A stretch of DNA of 64,000 bases from Candidatus Eremiobacteria bacterium (lineage in GTDB: Bacteria > Vulcanimicrobiota > Vulcanimicrobiia > Vulcanimicrobiales > Vulcanimicrobiaceae): NCBI GenBank assembly GCA_963737065.1, contig CAVTRC010000001.1, forward strand, positions 1,472,001-1,536,000, written 5' to 3'. This document shows positions 51,428 through 60,588 of the stretch, in pieces. A program made the position numbers and the translations under genes. A model generated the notes under the pieces. That model ran no database searches, had not been told where the DNA came from, and worked only from the letters and a program-made list of their open reading frames with translations. Every line of letters starts with the position of its first letter. Within the stretch, counting starts at the first letter, position 1.

Positions 51428-51893
51428 TATCGACATACGGCAGATCATGGAGATTTTGCCGCATCGCTATCCGCTTTTGTTGGTGGATCGCATCATCGAA
51501 CTCGAGCCGGGCGTGCGCGCCCGCGGGTTCAAGAACATCACCTACAACGAACCGGTCTTCACCGGGCACTTTCCAGGCAATCCGCTCTTCCCGGGCGTCT
51601 ACATGATCGAAGCGATGGCGCAGCTCGGCGGCTGCGTCGTGTTGGAACCAGGCGAATTCTCACGCAAGGTTCCCTATCTCGCGGGGATCGACAAGGCAAA
51701 ATTTCGCCGTCCCGTCGTGCCCGGTGACCGGCTGATGATGGAAGTGCGTTTGGTCAAACACAAGCGGAACATCGGCTGGGTCGAAGCGGAAGCGAAAGTC
51801 GAAGAACAGCTTGCGTGCTCCGCCGAACTGATGTTCTCGATCGCATCGGATCCGCGCAGCTTCAGCCTTGACGCGGCCGTCCTCCACGTTTAA
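51420..51893 (+). CDS. fabZ: 3-hydroxyacyl-ACP dehydratase
   Basis: LPHRYPLLLVD, GHFPG.P..PGV..IEAMAQ and FRRPVVPGD motifs. Confidence 0.96.
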   Translation: MPDIDIRQIMEILPHRYPLLLVDRIIELEPGVRARGFKNITYNEPVFTGHFPGNPLFPGVYMIEAMAQLGGCVVLEPGEFSRKVPYLAGIDKAKFRRPVVPGDRLMMEVRLVKHKRNIGWVEAEAKVEEQLACSAELMFSIASDPRSFSLDAAVLHV

Positions 51894-51961
51894 ATGACAA
51901 GGCACTCCGTGCTTCGCTCTGCGCGCCCCCCACGCAGTGGGGCCCCCGAAAAGCGGGCAAC

Positions 51962-52729
51962 GTGATCCATCCGACTGCGATCGTGCATCCTAATGCCAAT
52001 ATTGCGCGCGGGGTGGAGATCGGGCCGTATTGCGTCGTCGGTGAAAACGTGTCGATTTCCGTCGGCACCGTGTTACAGGCACACGTCATCGTCAACGGTT
52101 GGACGGAAGTCGGCGAGAATTGCGAGATCTATCCGTTCGCGACGATCGGTGCAGCATCGCAGGACCGAAAATATCACGGCGAGCGCGCGTACACGAAGAT
52201 CGGCAACAACACGATCGTGCGCGAATACGTCTCGATTCAGCGCGCGACGGGCGAAGATCACGTAACCGCGGTGGGCGACGACTGTTTGTTGCTCGCATAC
52301 ACGCACATCGCGCACAACTGCGTCCTCGGCAACTACGTCACGATGTCGAATCTAGCGCAACTCGCGGGACACGTGGAGGTCGGCGATTACGCGACGATCG
52401 GCGGACAAGCGGGCGTCCATCAATTCACGCGCATCGGTCGCTACGCGATGATCGGCGGCGCAAGTAAGATCAGCAAAGACGTACCGCCGTTCTTTCTCGT
52501 CGAAGGCAATCCCGCGGAACCGTACGGGTTGAACTCGGTCGGGCTGCGACGCGCGGGCTTCAGCATCGCAGAACGCAACGAGATCAAGAAGTTTTACAAG
52601 ATTCTCTACAATCCGAAGATGAACGTCTCGCAGGCGGTCGAAGCGATGAAAGCCGAAGCGTCGAGCGATCCCGGCCGCGAAATCATCGCGTTCCTCGAGT
52701 CTCCCTCGCAACGCGGCATCCTCAAATAG
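51962..52729 (+). CDS. lpxA: UDP-GlcNAc O-acyltransferase
   Basis: IHPTAIV, IGPYC, QDRKY, IAHNC, LAGHV, VHQF and GLNSVGLRR motifs. Confidence 0.96.
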   Translation: MIHPTAIVHPNANIARGVEIGPYCVVGENVSISVGTVLQAHVIVNGWTEVGENCEIYPFATIGAASQDRKYHGERAYTKIGNNTIVREYVSIQRATGEDHVTAVGDDCLLLAYTHIAHNCVLGNYVTMSNLAQLAGHVEVGDYATIGGQAGVHQFTRIGRYAMIGGASKISKDVPPFFLVEGNPAEPYGLNSVGLRRAGFSIAERNEIKKFYKILYNPKMNVSQAVEAMKAEASSDPGREIIAFLESPSQRGILK

Positions 52730-52741
52730 CGACATCGCACG

Positions 52742-52765
52742 TGTCATCCTGAGCCCGCCGAAGGA
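52742..52765. repeat. Half copy of the TGTCATCCTGAGC palindromic repeat
   Basis: TGTCATCCTGAGCCCGCCGAAGGA in the lpxA-lpxB spacer; matches the left arm of the element at 54208. Confidence 0.75.
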
Positions 52766-52769
52766 CCAC

Positions 52770-53894
52770 ATGAGATACTTCTTTTCGAGCGGCGAAGCCT
52801 CAGGCGAGCTAAGTGCAGTGTTGCTCGCCGACGCGATCGCAACCGTCGATCCCGAGGCGCAATTCGAGGGGATCGGTGCAGAACGGATGCGGGAACGCGA
52901 TTTCAATCTGTGGCGCGACCATACCGGGTGGGCGAGTATGGGACCGATCGCGGCGCTTCCGCGAATTCCGAAGTTGCTCAACGCCATGTGGCAAACAGCG
53001 CACCACATCGCCGAAGAGAAACCGGATCTCGTCGTGCTCGTGGACTTCGGCGTGTTCAACATGCGATTGGCGAAAGAGCTGCGCACGAAACACGACTATC
53101 AGGGCCCGATCATGGATCTCTTTCCGCCCGCGACCTGGCTCGACAAAGAGAAAGTCGCCCGCGCCGTTGCGTCGTGGACGGTGCCGGTGACCGCGTTCGC
53201 GCATCAGTACGAGTTTTATAAGCGCCATCGGCTGCCGATCATGTTTTTCGGGCATCCGCTGGCCGGCCGGTACGTGACGCGCGAGGCACGCGCCGCGCCC
53301 GCGAGCGATAACGGCACCGTAGCGCTCTTGCCGGGAAGCCGCGGCACCGAGATGCGGTATCACGTTCCCGCGTTGATTGGTGCGCTCAATGCGTTGCGCG
53401 AACGCCGTCCGCATATGCAGGCAATCTTCGGAGCGGCAAACGACGCATCCGAGCGCGCGATCGCGCGCGCCGTCAAAGACGCGGAACTCGATAACGCCCG
53501 CATCGTGCGCGGGTTGCCGGAAGCGCTGCGCGAGGCCGATGCGGCGTTCGTTGCGTCGGGAACAGCGGTGTTGGAAACGATTCTGCTCGGTGTGCCGGCC
53601 GTTGCGTTGTACATCATCGCACCGTATCTCGTGCATCATGCGCGACGCGTGTATTCCGGCAAATATATTACGCTGCCGAACCTCGTGCTCGGGCGTGAAC
53701 TCGTTCCCGAATTGCTGCAAGACGAGGCAACGCCGGAGCGATTGGCGGAGGCCATGGATCGATTGCTCGACGATCCCTCCGCGCAGTACCGGCATATCGG
53801 TGAAGTGCGCGCTGCGCTCGGCTCGCCGACGGCGCTCGACGACTGCGCGCGATTTGCGGTTGCGCTTGCGAAAGCCGGGCAGCAGCACGCGTGA
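52770..53894 (+). CDS. lpxB: Lipid-A-disaccharide synthase
   Basis: GEASGE, VDF..FN, FGHPL, LLPGSR, SGT..LE, LPN and PELLQ motifs. Confidence 0.93.
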   Translation: MRYFFSSGEASGELSAVLLADAIATVDPEAQFEGIGAERMRERDFNLWRDHTGWASMGPIAALPRIPKLLNAMWQTAHHIAEEKPDLVVLVDFGVFNMRLAKELRTKHDYQGPIMDLFPPATWLDKEKVARAVASWTVPVTAFAHQYEFYKRHRLPIMFFGHPLAGRYVTREARAAPASDNGTVALLPGSRGTEMRYHVPALIGALNALRERRPHMQAIFGAANDASERAIARAVKDAELDNARIVRGLPEALREADAAFVASGTAVLETILLGVPAVALYIIAPYLVHHARRVYSGKYITLPNLVLGRELVPELLQDEATPERLAEAMDRLLDDPSAQYRHIGEVRAALGSPTALDDCARFAVALAKAGQQHA

Positions 53895-54682
53895 TCCGGT
53901 TCTATCACACCTCGGATCTGCACGATCATCGCGGCTTTGTGCCGCGCTTGCGCGCATTGCGTGACGAGCGCCCGGGCTTCTACTTCGATTGCGGCGATTC
54001 GCTGCGCGGCAGTCAAACCGTCTATCACCGAAACGAACCGGTCATCGGTGAACTCGATGCCGCGGGCGTCGATGCGCAAGCGATCGGCAATCGCGAGTTT
54101 CACTATCTCTATTCGTTGCTCAGCGCGCGCGCCTCGAAGATGCAGCACCCACTGGTGTGCACGAACCTGCTCGACACGAAGAACCGCGCGCTGCCGTTTA
54201 CCCCTTCTGTCATCCTGAGCTTGTCGAAGGATCGGCTCAATTCAATCGCGCGTAACAATCCTTCGACTGCACTTCGTTCCGCTCAGGATGACACGCGGAT
54301 CCACATCCTTGGGCTACTGATCATGCAGTATCCGGTTGGAAGTCCATACGAGCGAGTCTTCGGGTGGCGATTTCTCGATCCGTGGGATGCGGTCGCGCCG
54401 TACGCGGCGCAGGTTCCGGACGGCGATATGCTGCTCGTCCTCTCGCATGTGGGATTATCACTCGACCGCAAACTCGCAGAGCGTGTGCCGCGCATCGACC
54501 TGATTCTCGGCGGCCACAGCCACGACACATTGTTCGCGCCCGAAGAAGTCAACGGCGTTCCGATCGTGCACGCGGGCCCGTACGGTCAGTACGTTTCTCG
54601 CACGGAACTCGAATATTCGAACCCAAAACGCCGCTTCGCACTTCGCTCGTGCGAGTTGCTGCCGCTGCTCGGGCCTCCATAG
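53891..54682 (+). CDS. Calcineurin-like metallophosphoesterase (5'-nucleotidase N-terminal type); candidate UDP-2,3-diacylglucosamine hydrolase
   Basis: HTSDLHD, DCGD, GNREF, LSH.G and IDLILGGHSH motifs; GTGA overlap with lpxB. Confidence 0.8.
   Translation: MIRFYHTSDLHDHRGFVPRLRALRDERPGFYFDCGDSLRGSQTVYHRNEPVIGELDAAGVDAQAIGNREFHYLYSLLSARASKMQHPLVCTNLLDTKNRALPFTPSVILSLSKDRLNSIARNNPSTALRSAQDDTRIHILGLLIMQYPVGSPYERVFGWRFLDPWDAVAPYAAQVPDGDMLLVLSHVGLSLDRKLAERVPRIDLILGGHSHDTLFAPEEVNGVPIVHAGPYGQYVSRTELEYSNPKRRFALRSCELLPLLGPP
54208..54293. repeat. Palindromic REP/MITE-like element inside the coding sequence
   Basis: Perfect 13-bp terminal inverted repeats TGTCATCCTGAGC...GCTCAGGATGACA; inner pairing GTCGAAGGAT/ATCCTTCGAC. 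Confidence 0.85.
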
Positions 54683-54692
54683 GGCGAGCTAC

Positions 54693-55847
54693 GTGCGTCT
54701 GCTGTTCGTGTCGAACGGGTACGGCGAAATTGCGATCGCGGATCGCATCGCGGAAGAAATAACACGCCTCGAGCCCGGCACGCAGATCGATCACGTCGCG
54801 CTCGTTGGGGAAAGCCGCGCGCGTTTCATGAACGACGTTGGCCCTCGCCGTACGATGCCGAGCGGCGGCCTCATCGCAATGGCCAACGTACGCAACATCG
54901 CACGCGACGTGCGCGGCGGACTGATCGCCTTGACGCTCGCCCAGCGAAGGTTTTTGAAACACGCGCGCGGCCGTTACGATGGTGCGGCCGCGATCGGCGA
55001 TGTCTTTGCGCTTCTGATGACGCTCGCTGCGCACGCGCCGACGACGTACGTAGGAACCGCGAAGAGCGTGCTGGTCGCACCGTATGGGCCGATGGAACGG
55101 CGCACGATCAAGCGCGCGCGCAATATCTTCGTGCGCGATGATGCAACCGCAGCGGACCTGCGACGCCACCACGTCGACGCTATCGCACCCGGCAACGTCA
55201 TCGTCGACCTGTTCGCGGTCGACGACGACCCGCGCGCCGATGAAGCAGTGGCGCGGTTCAAACCGGCGCTGGCGATCTTTCCCGGGAGCCGCGAGAGCGC
55301 ATATGACGACGGCGAATTTCTACTGCGCGTCATCGCGCGCTGCGCGCAGCAACGTCGCGAACTCGGCGCGGTGTTCTCGGTTGCACCAATGCTCGACGCG
55401 AAACGGTTCGCCGCAGTCGCGCGCGATGCGGGTTTCGACGTGCGCGAGCGCAACGACGAACGCATGCCGTTTGAAGCGTTGCTCGGCGAGCGCGTTGTCG
55501 TGCGCGCGTGGCGCGGAGAAATCGGCGTCTTGTTGCGCCGCGTCGAACTCGTTATCGGGCAAGCGGGTACGGCGAATGAAGCCGCGGCCGCCGCGGGCAT
55601 TCCCGTGATGGCATTCGAACTCGCGGCCGATCGCAAGACGCAGTGGTATCGCATGCGCCAGCAGGGGTTGCTCGGCGAAGCATTGACGGTTCTACCGGCG
55701 GATGTCGAGGTTGCATCGAACGGCGTGCTGCATCTGCTCGAGAACGAGTCGCAACGTGCAGCGATGCGCGCGGTGGGACGCGCGCGAATGGGTCCGCCGG
55801 GCGGCGCCGCCGCAATTGCGCGCGCGATCGTGGGGACGCGCTCGTGA
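54693..55847 (+). CDS. Lipid-A-disaccharide synthase-related GT-B protein (cyanobacterial TIGR03492-like)
   Basis: LLFVSNGYGE..IA, LVG, MPSGG, VRD..TA, GN...D, PGSR, AGTANE and RMGPPG motifs. Confidence 0.78.
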   Translation: MRLLFVSNGYGEIAIADRIAEEITRLEPGTQIDHVALVGESRARFMNDVGPRRTMPSGGLIAMANVRNIARDVRGGLIALTLAQRRFLKHARGRYDGAAAIGDVFALLMTLAAHAPTTYVGTAKSVLVAPYGPMERRTIKRARNIFVRDDATAADLRRHHVDAIAPGNVIVDLFAVDDDPRADEAVARFKPALAIFPGSRESAYDDGEFLLRVIARCAQQRRELGAVFSVAPMLDAKRFAAVARDAGFDVRERNDERMPFEALLGERVVVRAWRGEIGVLLRRVELVIGQAGTANEAAAAAGIPVMAFELAADRKTQWYRMRQQGLLGEALTVLPADVEVASNGVLHLLENESQRAAMRAVGRARMGPPGGAAAIARAIVGTRS

Positions 55848-57058
55848 TACACCGCTGGAACGCATTCGCACCGGTTGGGCTCGCGATCGCGTTCGCATGC
55901 GTGCCGCTCTTTCCGTCGTTCATCACGCTGACGAACGTGCAATTTCCCGGCGTGTCCGTGGTGCCGCTGCCGGCGGCGCTCGTGGTGCTTGCGCTCATGG
56001 GCGTCCTTGCCGTTTGGGGAGTGCCCGCGTTGTTCGTTGCGCCGCACACCGATGTGCCGCTTGCGCGACCGCTCATCGCGTGGTTCTTTGCCGGAATCAT
56101 CAGCGGAATTCTCGGGCTCAATCCGCACGACGGCGCGGTTTTCATCGGCATCTTCGGGCTCTCGCTCATTTGGCACGCCGTTCTCATGCGGTATTACGAC
56201 GCGCCGTACGCCGCGCGCGCGATCTATTGGTCGTACGTCCTTTCTGCGATTCTCGCATGCGGTGCGGCGATCGTGATGCTCACGACGCGCGTTCCCGCGA
56301 GCCTGTATTCGGTTGCAAACGGCCGCGCGGTCGGAACATTCGTCTTGCCGGGCGAACTCGCCGGGTACGCGATCGTATTGTTGCCGATCAGTTATGCGCT
56401 CGCGCGGATCGCGAAAGAACGCGCGCTGCGTATTGCCGCAACCATCGCGCTCCTCGCCGGCGCGCTCGCAATCGTCCTGACGTTCTCGCGTACGGGATGG
56501 ATCGGCCTTGCGTGCGCGATCGCATTTTTCGTGGCGCTGCAGTCACAACGGCAGCGGCGCGGCGTTGCGGTTGCGGCCGCCGTAGTGCTTGCAGGGCTCG
56601 CGATCGTCTTGCTGCTCTTCAACGAGCGTCACAACCCGAGCGAAAACTATACGCGCATTTCGATTTGGCAGGCTGCGCTCGGCGCGATCGATCGCTTCCC
56701 GTTGACGGGGGTCGGGCCGTTCGGCTTTTCACATCTCTATCCGCTCGTGCGCCTGCCGGACGGCGACGAAACCGCGTTCCACGCGCACAGCCTCTATCTC
56801 ACGTTCTTCGCGGAACTGGGCATCGTCGGATTCTCGGCATTTCTGTGGACGCTCTGGGAATTTGCTGCAGAGATGAACCGCCGGCTGCGCGCGGCGTCGG
56901 CGGATGCGCGCATGCTCGGACTTGCAATAGCGGCGGGACTTGTGGGAACGCTCGTGCAAGGGCTGATCGATACCGTGAGCGTGATTATCTTCGGCTTGCT
57001 GCTTCCCATGCTCGCGCTGGCGCTCGCCGCCGCGCGCTCCGGCACCGTTGACGCATGA
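55844..57058 (+). CDS. O-antigen ligase (WaaL/Wzy_C) family membrane protein
   Basis: RAVGTF, LTFSR.GW, R..IW, P.TGVG and HAHSLYL...AELGIVG motifs. Confidence 0.88.
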   Translation: MIHRWNAFAPVGLAIAFACVPLFPSFITLTNVQFPGVSVVPLPAALVVLALMGVLAVWGVPALFVAPHTDVPLARPLIAWFFAGIISGILGLNPHDGAVFIGIFGLSLIWHAVLMRYYDAPYAARAIYWSYVLSAILACGAAIVMLTTRVPASLYSVANGRAVGTFVLPGELAGYAIVLLPISYALARIAKERALRIAATIALLAGALAIVLTFSRTGWIGLACAIAFFVALQSQRQRRGVAVAAAVVLAGLAIVLLLFNERHNPSENYTRISIWQAALGAIDRFPLTGVGPFGFSHLYPLVRLPDGDETAFHAHSLYLTFFAELGIVGFSAFLWTLWEFAAEMNRRLRAASADARMLGLAIAAGLVGTLVQGLIDTVSVIIFGLLLPMLALALAAARSGTVDA

Positions 57059-57600
57059 CGCGCCGCGCGTTCGCGGCCGGTGCGCTGATCGCGCTTGCAG
57101 CCTGCAATCCGAAATCGCCGAACGGCGGGGTCTCTCCGACGCCGAGCTTGAGCCCGGGCGCGACACCGAGTCCGGTTTCCTTGCGCATCAGCGGCCATGG
57201 GACCGAGAAGCGCCCGGTGCGTTTCATCGAAACAAAGGCGAATCGCAAACAATTCGAGATCCTCACGCGTTCGTTTCAGAGCAAAGGCGCGGCGGGTACG
57301 GCAACGCTCTTGTATAACGACGTGAAGATCAACTTTTTCGGAAAAGATGGGTCGCAGCTGACCTCGACGGCACCGCATGCTACGGTCGATCAGCGGACGA
57401 ATCTGCTTGTCATGACGGGCGGCGTCCACGCGCACAACAACGACGGAATGACGCTGCAATGCGACACGCTCACCTACGACCGTTCAACGGAAATGGTGCA
57501 CGGTGACGGGAACGTCGTGATCACCAATCCCAACGGCTTCCGTGGAACCGGAAACCACGTGGACTCGAATATCGCTCTCACCGACGCAACTATGCAATGA
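57055..57600 (+). CDS. lptC: LptC-like LPS export periplasmic protein (possible lipoprotein)
   Basis: LAAC lipobox-like sequence; beta-jellyroll pattern (MTGGV, TL.CDTL.YD, GNVVI); upstream of lptB. Confidence 0.75.
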   Translation: MTRRAFAAGALIALAACNPKSPNGGVSPTPSLSPGATPSPVSLRISGHGTEKRPVRFIETKANRKQFEILTRSFQSKGAAGTATLLYNDVKINFFGKDGSQLTSTAPHATVDQRTNLLVMTGGVHAHNNDGMTLQCDTLTYDRSTEMVHGDGNVVITNPNGFRGTGNHVDSNIALTDATMQ

Positions 57601-58343
57601 ACGACAACGAACGCACGATAAAAATCCGCGGACTGGTCAAAAACTACGGCGAACGCACCGTGGTTGCCGGCGTGACGGCCGAAGTCCATCAAGGCGAAGT
57701 GGTGGGACTGCTCGGGCCGAACGGCGCGGGCAAAACCACGACGTTCTACATGGTCGTGGGACTCGTCAAACCCGACGGCGGAACGGTGTTGCTCGATGTC
57801 GGTGAACAGGAGATCGAACTTTCCGGACGCCCGATGTACGAACGCGCGCGCAACGGCATCGGCTACCTCGCCCAAGAGAACTCGATCTTCCGCAAACTTT
57901 CCGTCGAAGACAATATTCGCTTGATCTGGGAACAGAACGGCGTGTCGCGCCGCGAGCAAAATGAACGCTTGCCGTCGCTGCTCGAAGAGTTCGGATTGCG
58001 CGCGCGCATCCACTCGCGCGGCGACAGCTTGTCCGGAGGCGAACGGCGCCGCGTTGAGATCGCGCGCGCGATCGCAATGGAGCCGTCGTTCTTGCTACTC
58101 GACGAACCGTTCACCGGCATCGACCCTATCGCCGTCTCGGACATTCAAGCGATGATCCGCCAATTGCGCGATCGCGGCATCGGCATCCTCATCACCGATC
58201 ACCAAGTTCGAGAAACGCTCGCGATCGTCGACCGTGCGTACATTATGAACAACGGCCGCATCGAAGTTTCCGGAACCGCGCAAGAGGTGCTCGACTCCGC
58301 GATCGCGCGGAAGTTTTATCTCGGCGAAGGATTCCGCCTATAG
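57597..58343 (+). CDS. lptB: LPS export ABC ATPase
   Basis: GPNGAGKTTTFY, LSGGERRRVEIAR, LDEPF.G.DP, ITDH.VRETL and YLGEGFRL motifs. Confidence 0.95.
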   Translation: MNDNERTIKIRGLVKNYGERTVVAGVTAEVHQGEVVGLLGPNGAGKTTTFYMVVGLVKPDGGTVLLDVGEQEIELSGRPMYERARNGIGYLAQENSIFRKLSVEDNIRLIWEQNGVSRREQNERLPSLLEEFGLRARIHSRGDSLSGGERRRVEIARAIAMEPSFLLLDEPFTGIDPIAVSDIQAMIRQLRDRGIGILITDHQVRETLAIVDRAYIMNNGRIEVSGTAQEVLDSAIARKFYLGEGFRL

Positions 58344-58476
58344 TGACGCCCTCGGTACGTCGCGCGACATGCCCGCCGGTTCTTTTTCGCCTGATGCTTC
58401 GTTGCTCATCGGTCACAACGCTACGGCGTTGCTTCCTCTTCGCGCCTCGCCCCGACGAAAAAGCCCTCGTCGGATC

Positions 58477-59637
58477 ATGTCACGAGACGTATCGAGGGCG
58501 CCACTAGTGGGATTGGTGCGCGCGTTACGGCCCTTGCGCTTCACGATCCTCGACCGGTACATGATCTCGGAGCTTTCGGGTCCGTTTACGTTTGGGTTCG
58601 CGGCGTTCACGTTGATTTTCGCGGCAACGCAGTTGCTCGCCATCGGACGGTTGGTGTCGACGGAGCATGCGCCGTTGTGGGCGGCGACGCAAGTGTTTTT
58701 GTGGTCGCTGCCGTCGTACATGTCGATCGTCATTCCGATGGCCTTGTTGCTCGGGACACTGCTTGCGATTCAGCGTCTCTCGGGCGAGAGCGAGATCGTG
58801 GCGATGAAAGCGGGCGGGATCAGCTTTTGGCGCATGACGCTCCCGCTGCTGATTTCGGGGCTCGTCATGTCGGCGGTCACGTTCGTCGTACAAGAACGTC
58901 TCGCGCCCTATGCCGCCGACCGCGTCGCTTCGATTGAAAACAACACGATTCTGCACACGAACGTCTTCAATCGCGACGTGACGGTCTCGGCGCCGCTGCC
59001 GGGCGGCGGACGGCAAGAAACGATTGCAACGTCGCTCGATCCGCGCACGCAAGCGTTGCTGCACGTCACGCTGATACAGTACGACCGCAACAGCGCACCG
59101 ACGCAAATCGTGTTTGCCGAGCGCGCGAACTTCTCGCAATCGAAATGGGTGCTCGAGAACGCGAGCTTCTACCGGTTCAATCCCGACGGGACGCTCTTAG
59201 CCGAACCGAAGGTTGCGGAGCAGCAGGTTGAACTCGGCGAGAACCCGGCGCAGATCGTCAACCGGATTCAGATGAGCGATCCCGAGCAGATGAGCCGCAA
59301 GCAAATCCGCACGATCGTGCAGTCGGGGCAACTCACGCAGCTCGAATTGCGCAAATACGTCACGACGTATCAGGAGAAGCTCGCGCAGCCGTTTGCTTGT
59401 TTCGTCTTCGTGCTGATCGCGATCCCGTACGGCATGCGCGCCGCGCGCAGCGGCGGCGGTACGAGCGTCGGCTTCGGCGTTGCCGTCGCCATCGTGTTCA
59501 TCTATTACATCGTGACCGTGGTGTTTTCGTATGTCTCCGAAGCGTTTCTGTCGCTCGCCGGGCTTTGGGCCTGGATGCCTAACGTGATCTTTACAATCGT
59601 CGGCCTGCTGCGACTTCGGCGAGCCTCGCAGGTATAG
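58477..59637 (+). CDS. LptF/LptG family permease (start approximate)
   Basis: ILDRYM..E, RLS.ESEIVAMKAGGIS, K.A.PFAC and AW.PN motifs. Confidence 0.9.
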   Translation: MSRDVSRAPLVGLVRALRPLRFTILDRYMISELSGPFTFGFAAFTLIFAATQLLAIGRLVSTEHAPLWAATQVFLWSLPSYMSIVIPMALLLGTLLAIQRLSGESEIVAMKAGGISFWRMTLPLLISGLVMSAVTFVVQERLAPYAADRVASIENNTILHTNVFNRDVTVSAPLPGGGRQETIATSLDPRTQALLHVTLIQYDRNSAPTQIVFAERANFSQSKWVLENASFYRFNPDGTLLAEPKVAEQQVELGENPAQIVNRIQMSDPEQMSRKQIRTIVQSGQLTQLELRKYVTTYQEKLAQPFACFVFVLIAIPYGMRAARSGGGTSVGFGVAVAIVFIYYIVTVVFSYVSEAFLSLAGLWAWMPNVIFTIVGLLRLRRASQV

Positions 59638-59643
59638 CGTAGT

Positions 59644-60588
59644 ATGGTTGCCGACATCGTCCGCGGTACGCTCACGATTCTGATCATTATGATCGTGTCG
59701 GGCGTTATCGCGTACGTCGGCGATCGCGTCGGCCATCAAGTCGGCCGCAAGCGCTTGACGCTCTTCGGCATTCGTCCCCGCTACACGTCGACGATCGTGG
59801 CCGTCGGCACCGGCATGTTCATCGCATTGCTCGCGATGCTGATTGCGATCATCTGGTCGCAACAAGTGAAGACCGCGCTCTTCCGCATGAATCAGATCAG
59901 TCTCGAGATTTCGCAGTTGCAAGCACAGAAGAAGAATCTCGAGAGCAAAGTCAACACGGGCCAGCTGGTGGTGCGCGTCGATAGTCTCATGTTTCCGTTT
60001 TTCAAGGAAATCAAGATGGGCACGCCGGCCGACGAGCGATTGAAAGAAGTGCAAGACTTCTACCATCAAGCCGTCGTTTGGATGAATACGAACTACACGC
60101 AACTCGGATTGAAGAAATTCACGCCGCCGGCGGATTTACAGCAGAAACTCGAGCAAATCGCGGCGCAACCGAGCGTGACGGCGGTCGGCATGGATAACGA
60201 TTTACTCGTGTACATGACCGCCGATCAGAACCTCTATCGCAACGACGATATCCACTTCCAGATCAACTTGATTCCCGATTCCAAGCGCCTCAGCAAAGGT
60301 CAGAATATCGGGTACTTGCTCATTCCGGGCGGGCACAACGCGAACATCAATCTTGCGGTCGGTCAACTCATCGGAGTTGTGTCGACGGCCGCGGCTCGGT
60401 ACGGTGGATTGCCGCCGTTCGTCGTCTCGAACACACGCCTCGTGGAAGCATATCCCGCGCTTGGCGTGATGCAGCAGACGCTGGACAAGGGAAGCGGAAA
60501 CTACGCGCTCACGGCATTTGCGGCCGTTGACGTGTACCCTCATGTGGGCGGTGTGCCGATCGTCGTAACGTTGACCAAGACGAAGTGA
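59644..60588 (+). CDS. DUF3084-like membrane protein
   Basis: GVIAYVGDRVG..VGRKRLTLFGIRPRYTS signature. Confidence 0.82.
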   Translation: MVADIVRGTLTILIIMIVSGVIAYVGDRVGHQVGRKRLTLFGIRPRYTSTIVAVGTGMFIALLAMLIAIIWSQQVKTALFRMNQISLEISQLQAQKKNLESKVNTGQLVVRVDSLMFPFFKEIKMGTPADERLKEVQDFYHQAVVWMNTNYTQLGLKKFTPPADLQQKLEQIAAQPSVTAVGMDNDLLVYMTADQNLYRNDDIHFQINLIPDSKRLSKGQNIGYLLIPGGHNANINLAVGQLIGVVSTAAARYGGLPPFVVSNTRLVEAYPALGVMQQTLDKGSGNYALTAFAAVDVYPHVGGVPIVVTLTKTK

